From Blautia faecis (lineage in GTDB: Bacteria; Verrucomicrobiota; Lentisphaeria; Oligosphaerales; Oligosphaeraceae): a stretch of DNA of 25,417 bases. A model generated the notes under the pieces. The model did not search any database and was not told where the DNA came from. It was given only the letters and a program-made list of their open reading frames with translations. The position numbers were made by a program, and so were the translations under genes. The stretch lies in assembly GCA_963630475.1 (NCBI GenBank), contig CAVGNO010000001.1, forward strand, positions 16,092 through 41,508, written 5' to 3'. This document shows, piece after piece, positions 8,668 to 16,235 of this stretch; position 1 is the stretch's first letter, and each line of letters opens with the position of its first letter.

Positions 8668-9795
8668 CTACCGATTCAGCGACTGCCACACCGGTTCCAA
8701 ATCGACAATTTGCTTCGTGCGCGCGGCTTGGTCGATTGCAAGCGCGTATACCGCACTTTCCAGTCCTTCGCTACCGCTGCATTTCGGCGCGTTGCCTGTC
8801 TGCATCGTCTCCAGGAGCGCTTTTACGATATATTCGTCACCGCCGCCATGCGCATCCGCACCGAAATCGTAGCAATGGACATCGTCCTCACCCATGCGTT
8901 TATAGCACAGCTTGCTGGCATACAGTTCGAGCTGCATCGTGCCTTCGGAACAGCAGAAGAGCATCCGGCGTTCGGGAAGTGGATTGGACATCGTGCATTG
9001 GAATGTGACAATGACGCCATTGCGGTATTCGGCGATGCTGCTCTGGTTATCCATCAAATCTTTGTCGCTAGTAAATGGTGATGGCTTGCCATGCGGATCC
9101 ATCCAGCTACAGAATGTATCGCGGCCGTATTTCGCCATCAGCGCATCATTTTCCGGAATAAAGAAGTCGCGACGGCCAAAGGAGACGACACGGCTCGGCA
9201 GTGATGCGCAATACCAGTTGATTAAATCCAGATCATGACAGCACTTCTCCAGAATATGCGGTCCGGCGATGGCGGTATTGCGGCGCCAGTTGCGCATGAT
9301 ATAGCCGCCGTGATCCGGTGGGATATTTTCATCGGCATTGATCGCCAGCAGTTTGCCCAATACTCCGGACGCAAGGATTTCCTTCGCTTTGCCATACAGC
9401 TTGCTGTAGCGCAGAACAAAGCCCGTCGCAAAGAGCACATTTGCACGCTGACTTGCATCAAAAATTTCCTGGCAATCTGCAATGCTTGTCGCTAATGGCT
9501 TCTCGCTGAAGACATGCTTTCCTGCCGCAAATGCCGCAAGAATATGCTCCTTGTGAAATGCATTCGGTGAGAAAATCATCACCCAGTTAATGCCCGGCCG
9601 CGCAATTGCCTCCTGATAGGAATCACATAGACTTTCTTCCGAGAGATTCCATTCGCGCAATGCCATTTTCGCGACATCGACATCCGGATCATATAACGCC
9701 GCAATATGCACTGCGCCCTTGGCTTCGCGCAGTAAATGACCAATTACACAACGGCTACGCGCACCCGCGGCAATCACCGCAATCTCAATAGACAT
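8668..9795 (-). CDS. Gfo/Idh/MocA family NAD(P)-dependent oxidoreductase
   Basis: SPNAFH...AGKHVFSEKPLA, GFVLRY, EKCCHDLD and HGGGD motifs. Start moved to ATG 9795 (MSIEIAVIAAG), which is preceded by GAGGA. Confidence 0.9.
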   Translation of the reverse strand: MSIEIAVIAAGARSRCVIGHLLREAKGAVHIAALYDPDVDVAKMALREWNLSEESLCDSYQEAIARPGINWVMIFSPNAFHKEHILAAFAAGKHVFSEKPLATSIADCQEIFDASQRANVLFATGFVLRYSKLYGKAKEILASGVLGKLLAINADENIPPDHGGYIMRNWRRNTAIAGPHILEKCCHDLDLINWYCASLPSRVVSFGRRDFFIPENDALMAKYGRDTFCSWMDPHGKPSPFTSDKDLMDNQSSIAEYRNGVIVTFQCTMSNPLPERRMLFCCSEGTMQLELYASKLCYKRMGEDDVHCYDFGADAHGGGDEYIVKALLETMQTGNAPKCSGSEGLESAVYALAIDQAARTKQIVDLEPVWQSLNR

Positions 9796-9826
9796 AAAAC
9801 AATCCTCAATATCTCTAAACACTAGA

Positions 9827-9859
9827 GCAGCAGGCAAAACTCAACATGATACCTGCTGC
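9827..9859 (-). other. Intergenic hairpin (possible weak terminator or mRNA processing/stability stem)
   Basis: GCAGCAGG (9827-9834) and CCTGCTGC (9852-9859) form an 8-bp stem with a 17-nt loop just downstream of the pilin-like gene. U-tail is poor. Confidence 0.4.
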
Positions 9860-9872
9860 CCGCTGAAACAAA

Positions 9873-10622
9873 CTAGAAACCATTACCATTGATGCGGTCA
9901 AAATTGCCCACAGAAAGCGGATGTGAAGTACCGACAGCACCAAGTACGATTCCCCAACCACGCGCAATGTAAGCTTTGCTCTGCGTCGCAACCGATCCAT
10001 CCATATACAACGCGTTCGCATTGCCAGTGTGACCGTATGCCCAGCTCTGACCATTGCACGCCAAGTAGGCGACTTGTGACGGAGAACGCTGCTTCGTCGA
10101 ACCGCCATCATCCATGGAATAGACACTCGGACTCGAAATACGGAAACCGCATTTACTATCTACCCGAAGATTTGCATTCGCGTTATAGATGCATGGAGTA
10201 CGTGCAGTAATTGACGTATAAAGCCACTGACTACCCGCGACATTTCCCCAGTCATCCCAACTGCCGTACTTCTTCAACTCCAATTGATACTTCTTTTCCT
10301 TGCTCAATGGACAGAAGATCAGATTTGCAAATGAACCAGGACCAACACCGCTGTTCTTGCCCATCACATCCAATGTCTCCCAACCATGCAATGAATCAAT
10401 GTCATTCGCCGAAGTCGGCGCGTTCATCCAAAAACTCCAGTCATCACTGTCATTCGCATAAATGTGCAAATACAACCCAAGCTGCTTGTGCTGATTGACA
10501 CACTGGATCGTACGCGCTTTCTCACGCGCTTTCGCTAATGCCGGCAAAAGCATCGATGCAAGTATGGCTATAATCGCGATGACAACTAACAACTCTATGA
10601 GCGTGAATGATTTCTGTCTCAT
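9873..10622 (-). CDS. Prepilin-type N-terminal cleavage/methylation domain protein with H-X9-DG motif (DUF1559-like)
   Basis: [46 protein letters not shown]-terminus, FCP motif, and C-terminal [24 protein letters not shown] upstream. Confidence 0.92.
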   Translation of the reverse strand: MRQKSFTLIELLVVIAIIAILASMLLPALAKAREKARTIQCVNQHKQLGLYLHIYANDSDDWSFWMNAPTSANDIDSLHGWETLDVMGKNSGVGPGSFANLIFCPLSKEKKYQLELKKYGSWDDWGNVAGSQWLYTSITARTPCIYNANANLRVDSKCGFRISSPSVYSMDDGGSTKQRSPSQVAYLACNGQSWAYGHTGNANALYMDGSVATQSKAYIARGWGIVLGAVGTSHPLSVGNFDRINGNGF

Positions 10623-10654
10623 TTTTTATCCTTCCATATAAGTGTTTTTTTACT

Positions 10655-10664
10655 GGGGGGGGGG
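10655..10664. repeat. G10 homopolymer (C10 on the coding strand) in the leader of the pilin-like gene
   Basis: Ten consecutive G, 33-42 nt upstream of ATG 10622. Confidence 0.85.
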
Positions 10665-10685
10665 TAAAAGCATGCTGTTAGTAAT

Positions 10686-10713
10686 ATTCTAGACAATGTA
10701 TGCACTCCTTCAA
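10686..10713 (-). promoter_or_regulatory. Candidate sigma-70 promoter of the carbohydrate cluster
   Basis: Minus strand reads TTGAAG (10713-10708), 16-nt spacer, TAGAAT (10691-10686) in an AT-rich intergenic region. Confidence 0.5.
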
Positions 10714-10725
10714 ATAGTGCATACA
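10697..10725. promoter_or_regulatory. Candidate operator: perfect inverted repeat TGTATGCACT-N9-AGTGCATACA
   Basis: Exact 10-bp arms at 10697-10706 and 10716-10725, straddling the putative -35 box, next to a GntR/LacI regulator gene. Confidence 0.65.
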
Positions 10726-10735
10726 AAATATTTCG

Positions 10736-10821
10736 ACGGAAACGGAGGATGACGGAAGATAATGGATATAAACGGAGGATGACGGAATCCGTTTACGTCC
10801 GTTAATTTCCGTTTCCGTTAA
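10736..10821. repeat. Palindromic AACGG/CCGTT repeat element, copy 2
   Basis: 10736-10792 matches 331-387 at 50/57 positions without gaps; 10788-10813 is identical to 423-448 (26 nt). Confidence 0.9.
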
Positions 10822-11860
10822 ACACAGAATCGCGTTCGCACAGCGCCATCGGGAGACGCAGTGCGAAACGGGGGATTTTTCCGTTGCACAACAGCGTCAG
10901 CTTATCGAATAGCAGTTTGGCGACATTTGCGCGGTCTATTCCGACAGTTGTCAGCGCGGGATGGCATGCTGCGGCATTTCCGAAGCCCTCGAAGCTGATC
11001 ACCGACACATCATCGGGGATACGCAGGTGATGCGTTGCCAGTGCGGAATACACTCCGGATGCGCTGCTGTATGAATCGATGAATATTCCGTCGAAATTGC
11101 GGCCATATTTCCGCAGATATTTTTGCAGTGTCTCTTCTGCACGCACTGCTCCTTTTTCGCCGGATTCGGACTGACAGTCTATTTTCACACAGGGGACATT
11201 GCGTATTTTTGCATAATTGCAGAATGCGGCGATGCGTTCGACAATATCGGAGAGGGGCGGCTCGCTCTGGATTGCGAGGATGCGCTGGCACCCACGTTTG
11301 ATGAGATACTCCGCGGCGAGCATTGCGCCGCCGACATTATCGAAATTCACGGTCGAGAGCGGTCCATCGGTGAGTGATTTACAACATGCGATGACCGGCT
11401 TATCCAGCGCAAGCAAGTATTTGAGATCATTTGCAGAGAATGGCCGGCTGTCCCCGACGAGCAGGACGGCATCCGATTGCCGCACTGGCCATTTGTCAAA
11501 GAGCATGCTCTCGGGCGCGTATTTATGCTTGACAAGTCGAAAGTCACTGCGGCCGGCCAAATATGCCTCCAATAACTTCGTGAGCGTCTCAATCTCCGTG
11601 CTCGGCCAGTCGGGGAGCGCATAAAAGATCATCTTGCCATTGAAATCCCGGCTGCGGCGGCAAAAGAAGCCAAGACCGCGCACATTTTCAATCAAGCCTT
11701 CTTCGGCCATCCGGGTGAGCGCACCAGTGACTACCCGCAGATTGACGCCATACTTGCGCATAATCGCGCGTTGTGACAAAAAGCGCTCGGCAGGCGCATA
11801 CTTCCGGAGTTCATCCGTCAGCGTTGCGTAGAGAGCATCAATCTGCGGTTGCAGCCTCAT
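10802..11860 (-). CDS. GntR-HTH + LacI-type sugar-binding domain transcriptional regulator (AraR-like architecture)
   Basis: N-terminal RFLSQRAIMRKYGVN...AL..M.EEGLIE...GLGFF winged HTH. C-terminal V.FDN..G...AAEYL, LRIPDDVSVISFE and PALTTV motifs of LacI-type ligand domains. Confidence 0.88.
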   Translation of the reverse strand: MRLQPQIDALYATLTDELRKYAPAERFLSQRAIMRKYGVNLRVVTGALTRMAEEGLIENVRGLGFFCRRSRDFNGKMIFYALPDWPSTEIETLTKLLEAYLAGRSDFRLVKHKYAPESMLFDKWPVRQSDAVLLVGDSRPFSANDLKYLLALDKPVIACCKSLTDGPLSTVNFDNVGGAMLAAEYLIKRGCQRILAIQSEPPLSDIVERIAAFCNYAKIRNVPCVKIDCQSESGEKGAVRAEETLQKYLRKYGRNFDGIFIDSYSSASGVYSALATHHLRIPDDVSVISFEGFGNAAACHPALTTVGIDRANVAKLLFDKLTLLCNGKIPRFALRLPMALCERDSVFNGNGN

Positions 11861-11866
11861 GGTGAT

Positions 11867-13033
11867 TTACGCACTGATGACCGCGCGCAGGATGCCAATC
11901 GCTTTCTCCAGCTGCGGCATCGGGATATTGAGCGCAGGAAGCAGTCGGATTTTGTCTTTGGCAGTCAAGCAGAGCACGCCTTTTGCGATGCAGTCATTGA
12001 CGACATCCTTTGCGGGGCGTGTCGTCTTGATGCCAATCATCAATCCCATTCCGGTGACAGACTCGACGCCGTGTGCGTCTTTAAGCGCATTGAAGATGTA
12101 CGCGCTTTTGCTGCACACATCGTCGAGAAATGCGTCATCGATGCGGTTGATGACGCTGATTGCACCTGCGCAACAGACGGGATTGCCGCCGAATGTCGAA
12201 CCGTGGTCGCCAGCGCAAAGCACGTCGGCGACTTTTTCGCCCATCAGCGTCGCGCCAAGCGGCAAGCCGCCACCCAGGCCTTTTGCAGTCGAGACGACAT
12301 CTGGCGTGATGCCGTAGTTCATGTATGCATAGAGCTTGCCGGTGCGGCCATTGCCAGTCTGCACTTCGTCGATCATCAGCAGGATGTCGTGTTCTGCAGC
12401 GTATTGGGCCACGCCATGCACGAAATCGGCATCCAGCGGAATGACGCCGCCCTCGCCCTGAATGCACTCCATTAGAATCGCGGCAGTCGGATGTGCTTCG
12501 ACGGTTGCGATGAGCTGCTGCAGATCATTTGCGGGCGTATGCACAAAGCCGGGCGTGAGCGGCTGAAAGAGCTCATGAAAATGCGCTTGGCCAGTCGCGG
12601 CAAGCGTTGTGAGCGTCCGGCCATGGAAGCTGTTGCATAGCGTCACGATTGTCGAGTATTGCGGACCGCGTTTCTGTGCTGCGTATTTGCGCGCGACTTT
12701 GATTGCGCACTCGTTTGATTCCGCGCCGGAATTGCTAAAGAAGACGCGTTTCATGCCCGTACGTTCGCACAGCAGCTGCGCCAATCGCACGCACGGATGC
12801 GTGTAGTAGAGATTCGAAGTGTGCTGCACGGCATCCAGCTGGCTGATTACTGCCGCTTTCCACTGTGCATCGCCAATGCCGAATGCAGTGACGCCGATGC
12901 CGCTGCCCAAGTCGATATATTCCTTGCCGTCGGCATCATAGAGCAACGATCCTTTGCCGGAGACGATTTCGACGGGGAAGCGCGCGTATGTATTTGCGAC
13001 GTATGTTTTATCGAGTTCCTTCCAATTAGTCAT
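11867..13033 (-). CDS. argD: Acetylornithine aminotransferase
   Basis: Class III aminotransferase motifs FFSNSGAESNE, SFHGRT, IQGEGG, DEVQTGNGRTG and TAKGLGGG; position in the argCJB cluster. Confidence 0.95.
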   Translation of the reverse strand: MTNWKELDKTYVANTYARFPVEIVSGKGSLLYDADGKEYIDLGSGIGVTAFGIGDAQWKAAVISQLDAVQHTSNLYYTHPCVRLAQLLCERTGMKRVFFSNSGAESNECAIKVARKYAAQKRGPQYSTIVTLCNSFHGRTLTTLAATGQAHFHELFQPLTPGFVHTPANDLQQLIATVEAHPTAAILMECIQGEGGVIPLDADFVHGVAQYAAEHDILLMIDEVQTGNGRTGKLYAYMNYGITPDVVSTAKGLGGGLPLGATLMGEKVADVLCAGDHGSTFGGNPVCCAGAISVINRIDDAFLDDVCSKSAYIFNALKDAHGVESVTGMGLMIGIKTTRPAKDVVNDCIAKGVLCLTAKDKIRLLPALNIPMPQLEKAIGILRAVISA

Positions 13034-13046
13034 CGTTCCTTCCCCT

Positions 13047-13916
13047 TTATTCGCGAATCAGCGTGCCAGCGCCTTCGTTAGTGAGCAGCTCCATGAGGAT
13101 GGAGTGCGGAATGCGCCCATCCATGATGATGGTTTTGCGCACGCCCATTTTGATGGCGTTGATGCAGCATTCGACTTTCGGAATCATCCCGCCGGAGATG
13201 ACTTTCTCATCGAAGAGCTTCTTGGCTTCGTCGATTGAGAGCTCGGGAATGAGCGATGATGCGTCATGCGGATCGCGCATGATGCCAGCGATGTCAGTCA
13301 TCATGATCAAGCGTTTCGCATGCAATGCGCCGGCAATCCACGCAGCAGCAGTGTCGCCATTGATGTTGTATGCATTGCCTTCCTGATCGCAGCCGACTGT
13401 CGAGATGACCGGGATATAGCCTTTTTCGAGCAAGTCATGCACCGGCTGGATATTGACTTTCGTAATTGTGCCGACATAGCCCAATTTGGGATCTTTCGTC
13501 TTGGCTTCAATTAGACGGCCATCCATACCGCAGATGCCCATCGCATGGCCGCCATGATGCTCAAGCATGCTCACGAGGCTCTTATTCACTTTGCCTGCCA
13601 GAACCATCTGGACAATATCGACGGTCTCGCGGTCAGTCACACGCAATCCATCGACAAATTCCGGCTTCTTGCCGAGGCGGTCCATCAATTCGCTGATTTC
13701 TGGGCCGCCGCCGTGGACGAGAATCACTTTGACGCCAATCAGCCACAGCAGCACGATGTCTTCCATCACTTGCTGCTTGAGCTGCGGATTGATCATCGCG
13801 TTGCCGCCGTATTTGACGACGACTACCTGGTTGCGGTATTCGCGAATATACGGTAGCGCTTGAGTGAGGACTACTGCGCGCTCGGCATTCGAGAGGCTGA
13901 AACTATCCTTGCTCAT
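13047..13916 (-). CDS. argB: Acetylglutamate kinase
   Basis: VVVKYGGNAM, VHGGGPEI, GLRVTD, NINGD and GGMIPKV motifs. Start set at ATG 13916, overlapping the argJ stop (ATGA), instead of the track's 13979. Confidence 0.96.
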   Translation of the reverse strand: MSKDSFSLSNAERAVVLTQALPYIREYRNQVVVVKYGGNAMINPQLKQQVMEDIVLLWLIGVKVILVHGGGPEISELMDRLGKKPEFVDGLRVTDRETVDIVQMVLAGKVNKSLVSMLEHHGGHAMGICGMDGRLIEAKTKDPKLGYVGTITKVNIQPVHDLLEKGYIPVISTVGCDQEGNAYNINGDTAAAWIAGALHAKRLIMMTDIAGIMRDPHDASSLIPELSIDEAKKLFDEKVISGGMIPKVECCINAIKMGVRKTIIMDGRIPHSILMELLTNEGAGTLIRE

Positions 13917-15139
13917 GTTCTGTAGTCTCCATTGATTTTGATGTAATCGTACGTGATGTCGCACCCCCAGCACGTGCATTCGCCTGCGCCTTCGCTCATT
14001 GCGATGCGGATGACAATGTCGTGCTCTGTCAGGATAGCTTTCGCCAGCGCTTCATCAAAGAGGAGTCCGCGCCCTTTGCGGCAGACATCGATATGGCCTG
14101 CGGCACTCTCGAATGCGACATCGACGCCATCCGGATTGAATTGCTCGCCCGAGTAGCCCATTGCGCAAAGCACGCGCCCCCAGTTCGCATCCGCACCGAA
14201 GATTGCGGCTTTCGTAAGCGTCGAGGAGATGACCGATTTCGCAATCACTTCTGCCGATGCGTCATCCTTCGCGCCGCTCAATGTGCATGTGATGAGGTGT
14301 TTTGCGCCTTCGCCGTCGGACGCCATCGCAATTGCCAGTTTCGTGCACAGCGACTTCAATGCCGCGACAAATTCGCGGTAGTCGTCATTTTTTTCTGTGA
14401 TGAGCGCGTTGCCAGCCATACCATTGGCCATCACGCAGCATGTATCGTTGGTCGAAGTATCGCCATCGACGCTGATGCGATTAAAGCTGACTGCGACTGT
14501 CTCGTGCAATGCCGCGCGAATCATCTCGGGCGAGATTGCGCAGTCGGTAGTCAGGAAGCAGAGCATCGTCCCCATATTGGGATGAATCATTCCGGAGCCC
14601 TTTGCGATGCCGCCGATGCGGATGACTTTGCCGCCGACAGTGCACTGCACGGCCATCTCCTTCTTCACAGTATCGGTCGTCATAATTGCGCATGCCGCGC
14701 CATCAGAGCCAGCTTCATCCGCGCTAATCATGCCGTATAACGCCGGCATATTGTCAGTGATGACTTTGGCATTGAGCTCTTGCCCAATCACGCCAGTGGA
14801 TGCGATGACGACATCATCTGCTACGCAACCGACAACTGATGCGACAGCTGCGCATACTTCCTGCGCATGCTTCTCGCCATTGGGCGCACACGCATTCGCA
14901 TTGCCGCTGTTGATGACTGCCGCTTGTGCACGGCCATCATGCAAGTGTTCGATATCCAGGAGGATATGCGCGGCTTTCACCGCATTTTTCGTATACACCG
15001 CAGCGCATGAACAGACGCATTGCGACACAATCAGCGCGACGTCCTTCTTATTGACATTATGGCTCTTTACGCCGGCGTGAATGCCGGCGGCGCTGAAGCC
15101 CTGGGCGGCACAGACACCGCCACGAATAAATTGTATCAT
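13913..15139 (-). CDS. argJ: Ornithine acetyltransferase / N-acetylglutamate synthase
   Basis: NSGNANAC, STGVIG, IMTTDT, KGSGMIHPNMGTML (autocleavage region), DGDTSTND, DGEGA and INGDYRT motifs. Confidence 0.97.
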   Translation of the reverse strand: MIQFIRGGVCAAQGFSAAGIHAGVKSHNVNKKDVALIVSQCVCSCAAVYTKNAVKAAHILLDIEHLHDGRAQAAVINSGNANACAPNGEKHAQEVCAAVASVVGCVADDVVIASTGVIGQELNAKVITDNMPALYGMISADEAGSDGAACAIMTTDTVKKEMAVQCTVGGKVIRIGGIAKGSGMIHPNMGTMLCFLTTDCAISPEMIRAALHETVAVSFNRISVDGDTSTNDTCCVMANGMAGNALITEKNDDYREFVAALKSLCTKLAIAMASDGEGAKHLITCTLSGAKDDASAEVIAKSVISSTLTKAAIFGADANWGRVLCAMGYSGEQFNPDGVDVAFESAAGHIDVCRKGRGLLFDEALAKAILTEHDIVIRIAMSEGAGECTCWGCDITYDYIKINGDYRT

Positions 15140-15155
15140 CGGGAAATTTCCTTGT

Positions 15156-16088
15156 CTAGGGATTAAGGCCGAAAGCCGGCTCGCATCCCAGTACGATATT
15201 CATATTTTCTATGGCGGCGCCGGAAGCACCCTTGCCGAGGTTGTCGAAAAGCGCGGTAATTGTCGCGCGCTCATCATTGCCCGCAATGACCAGCTGTAAG
15301 CCGTCAGTGCCGGCTTTGGCGTTGCCATAGAGCTTCTCCGCATTATCAACTTCGTCCATCCGGACTGAAATCAGCGGCTGACATGCATAAAAATCGGCGT
15401 AGAGTCGTCGGAGTCGAGTAAGCGTCGGCGCGCCTTTATATTGTGACAGATGCAACGGCACAGTCGTCGCCATGCCTTTGTAATAATTTGCGACAATCGG
15501 TGAGAAAAGCGGCGCGTTGTCCAGTCCGCAAATCTTCTTCATCTCCGGAAGATGCTTATGCGCTTGGCTGACGCCGTAGATGCCGGGTGAATCCAGCTGC
15601 GGCGCGCGTTGCGCGTCTTCGTATTCGGCGATCATCTTCTTTCCACCGCCAGAGTAGCCGGTCAGCGAGAAGCAGCTCAACAGCGCATCATGCGGAAGCA
15701 CGCCGCTTGCAACCAGTGGATAGACGATGCTGATAAAGCCAGTCGCGTGACACCCCGGATTCGCAATGCGCTTTGACTTCGCAATCGCATCGCGGTAGCC
15801 AAGTTCCGGAAAGCCGTATGTCCACCCATCCGCAGTCCGGTGCGCAGTCGAAGTGTCGATAATGCAAGTATCGGGATTTTCGACCAGCGCGACCGCTTCA
15901 ATTGCAGCGGCGTCCGGCAAGCAGAGGAAGACCACATCCGCGTCATTCATCAAGCGCGCGCGCTCCACAGGATCCTTCCGCTTCGCTTCGTCAATCGCCA
16001 ATACGGCTAGATCACGCCGCGCACTTAAGCGCTCGTGAATTTGCAGTCCCGTAGTACCTGCACTACCATCGACGAAGATTTTTTTCAT
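15156..16088 (-). CDS. argC: N-acetyl-gamma-glutamyl-phosphate reductase (type 2)
   Basis: IFVDGSAGTTGLQI, ANPGCHATG, GYSGGGK and DNLGKGASGAA motifs. Start set at ATG 16088 (MKKIFVDG). Confidence 0.95.
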   Translation of the reverse strand: MKKIFVDGSAGTTGLQIHERLSARRDLAVLAIDEAKRKDPVERARLMNDADVVFLCLPDAAAIEAVALVENPDTCIIDTSTAHRTADGWTYGFPELGYRDAIAKSKRIANPGCHATGFISIVYPLVASGVLPHDALLSCFSLTGYSGGGKKMIAEYEDAQRAPQLDSPGIYGVSQAHKHLPEMKKICGLDNAPLFSPIVANYYKGMATTVPLHLSQYKGAPTLTRLRRLYADFYACQPLISVRMDEVDNAEKLYGNAKAGTDGLQLVIAGNDERATITALFDNLGKGASGAAIENMNIVLGCEPAFGLNP

Positions 16089-16182
16089 TGGAGAGTGTTG
16101 AATCTTTAGCAATTTATTGCGGAAGAGCTGTCAAACGACATAATATAAACAGCTTCCACGTTTTCTAGAGAAGATTATAGTG

Positions 16183-16228
16183 AAAAAAAACACGTGTGAC
16201 GCCAGGCCGGGGACAAGCCACCGGCCTG
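16183..16228 (-). terminator. REP-like GC hairpin after carB, possible terminator
   Basis: CAGGCCGG (16203-16210) and CCGGCCTG (16221-16228) form a stem 7 nt after the carB stop. A T8 run (16190-16183 on minus) follows but is 12 nt from the stem. Same motif as 24312-24334. Confidence 0.5.
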
Positions 16229-16235
16229 ATAATGC

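Noticed and set aside
8149..9081. 310-aa plus-strand ORF, and the many other short alternative ORFs in the track
   Set aside because: Antisense or off-frame shadows of well-supported genes, with no recognisable motifs.
10619..10696. 25-aa TTG-started leader ORF with PPP, preceded by AAGGAG and ending on the pilin-like ATG
   Set aside because: Its RBS and start lie inside the putative promoter/operator, upstream of the likely transcript start. It would be possible only by read-through transcription.
16098..16157. ARG box or promoter upstream of argC (TGAATCTTTAGCAA, GCAAT-TT-ATTGC, TTGACA, imperfect GGAAG..CTGT/ACAGCTTCC stem)
   Set aside because: Only half an ARG-box match, and no properly spaced -10 for the TTGACA. 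Too weak to call.
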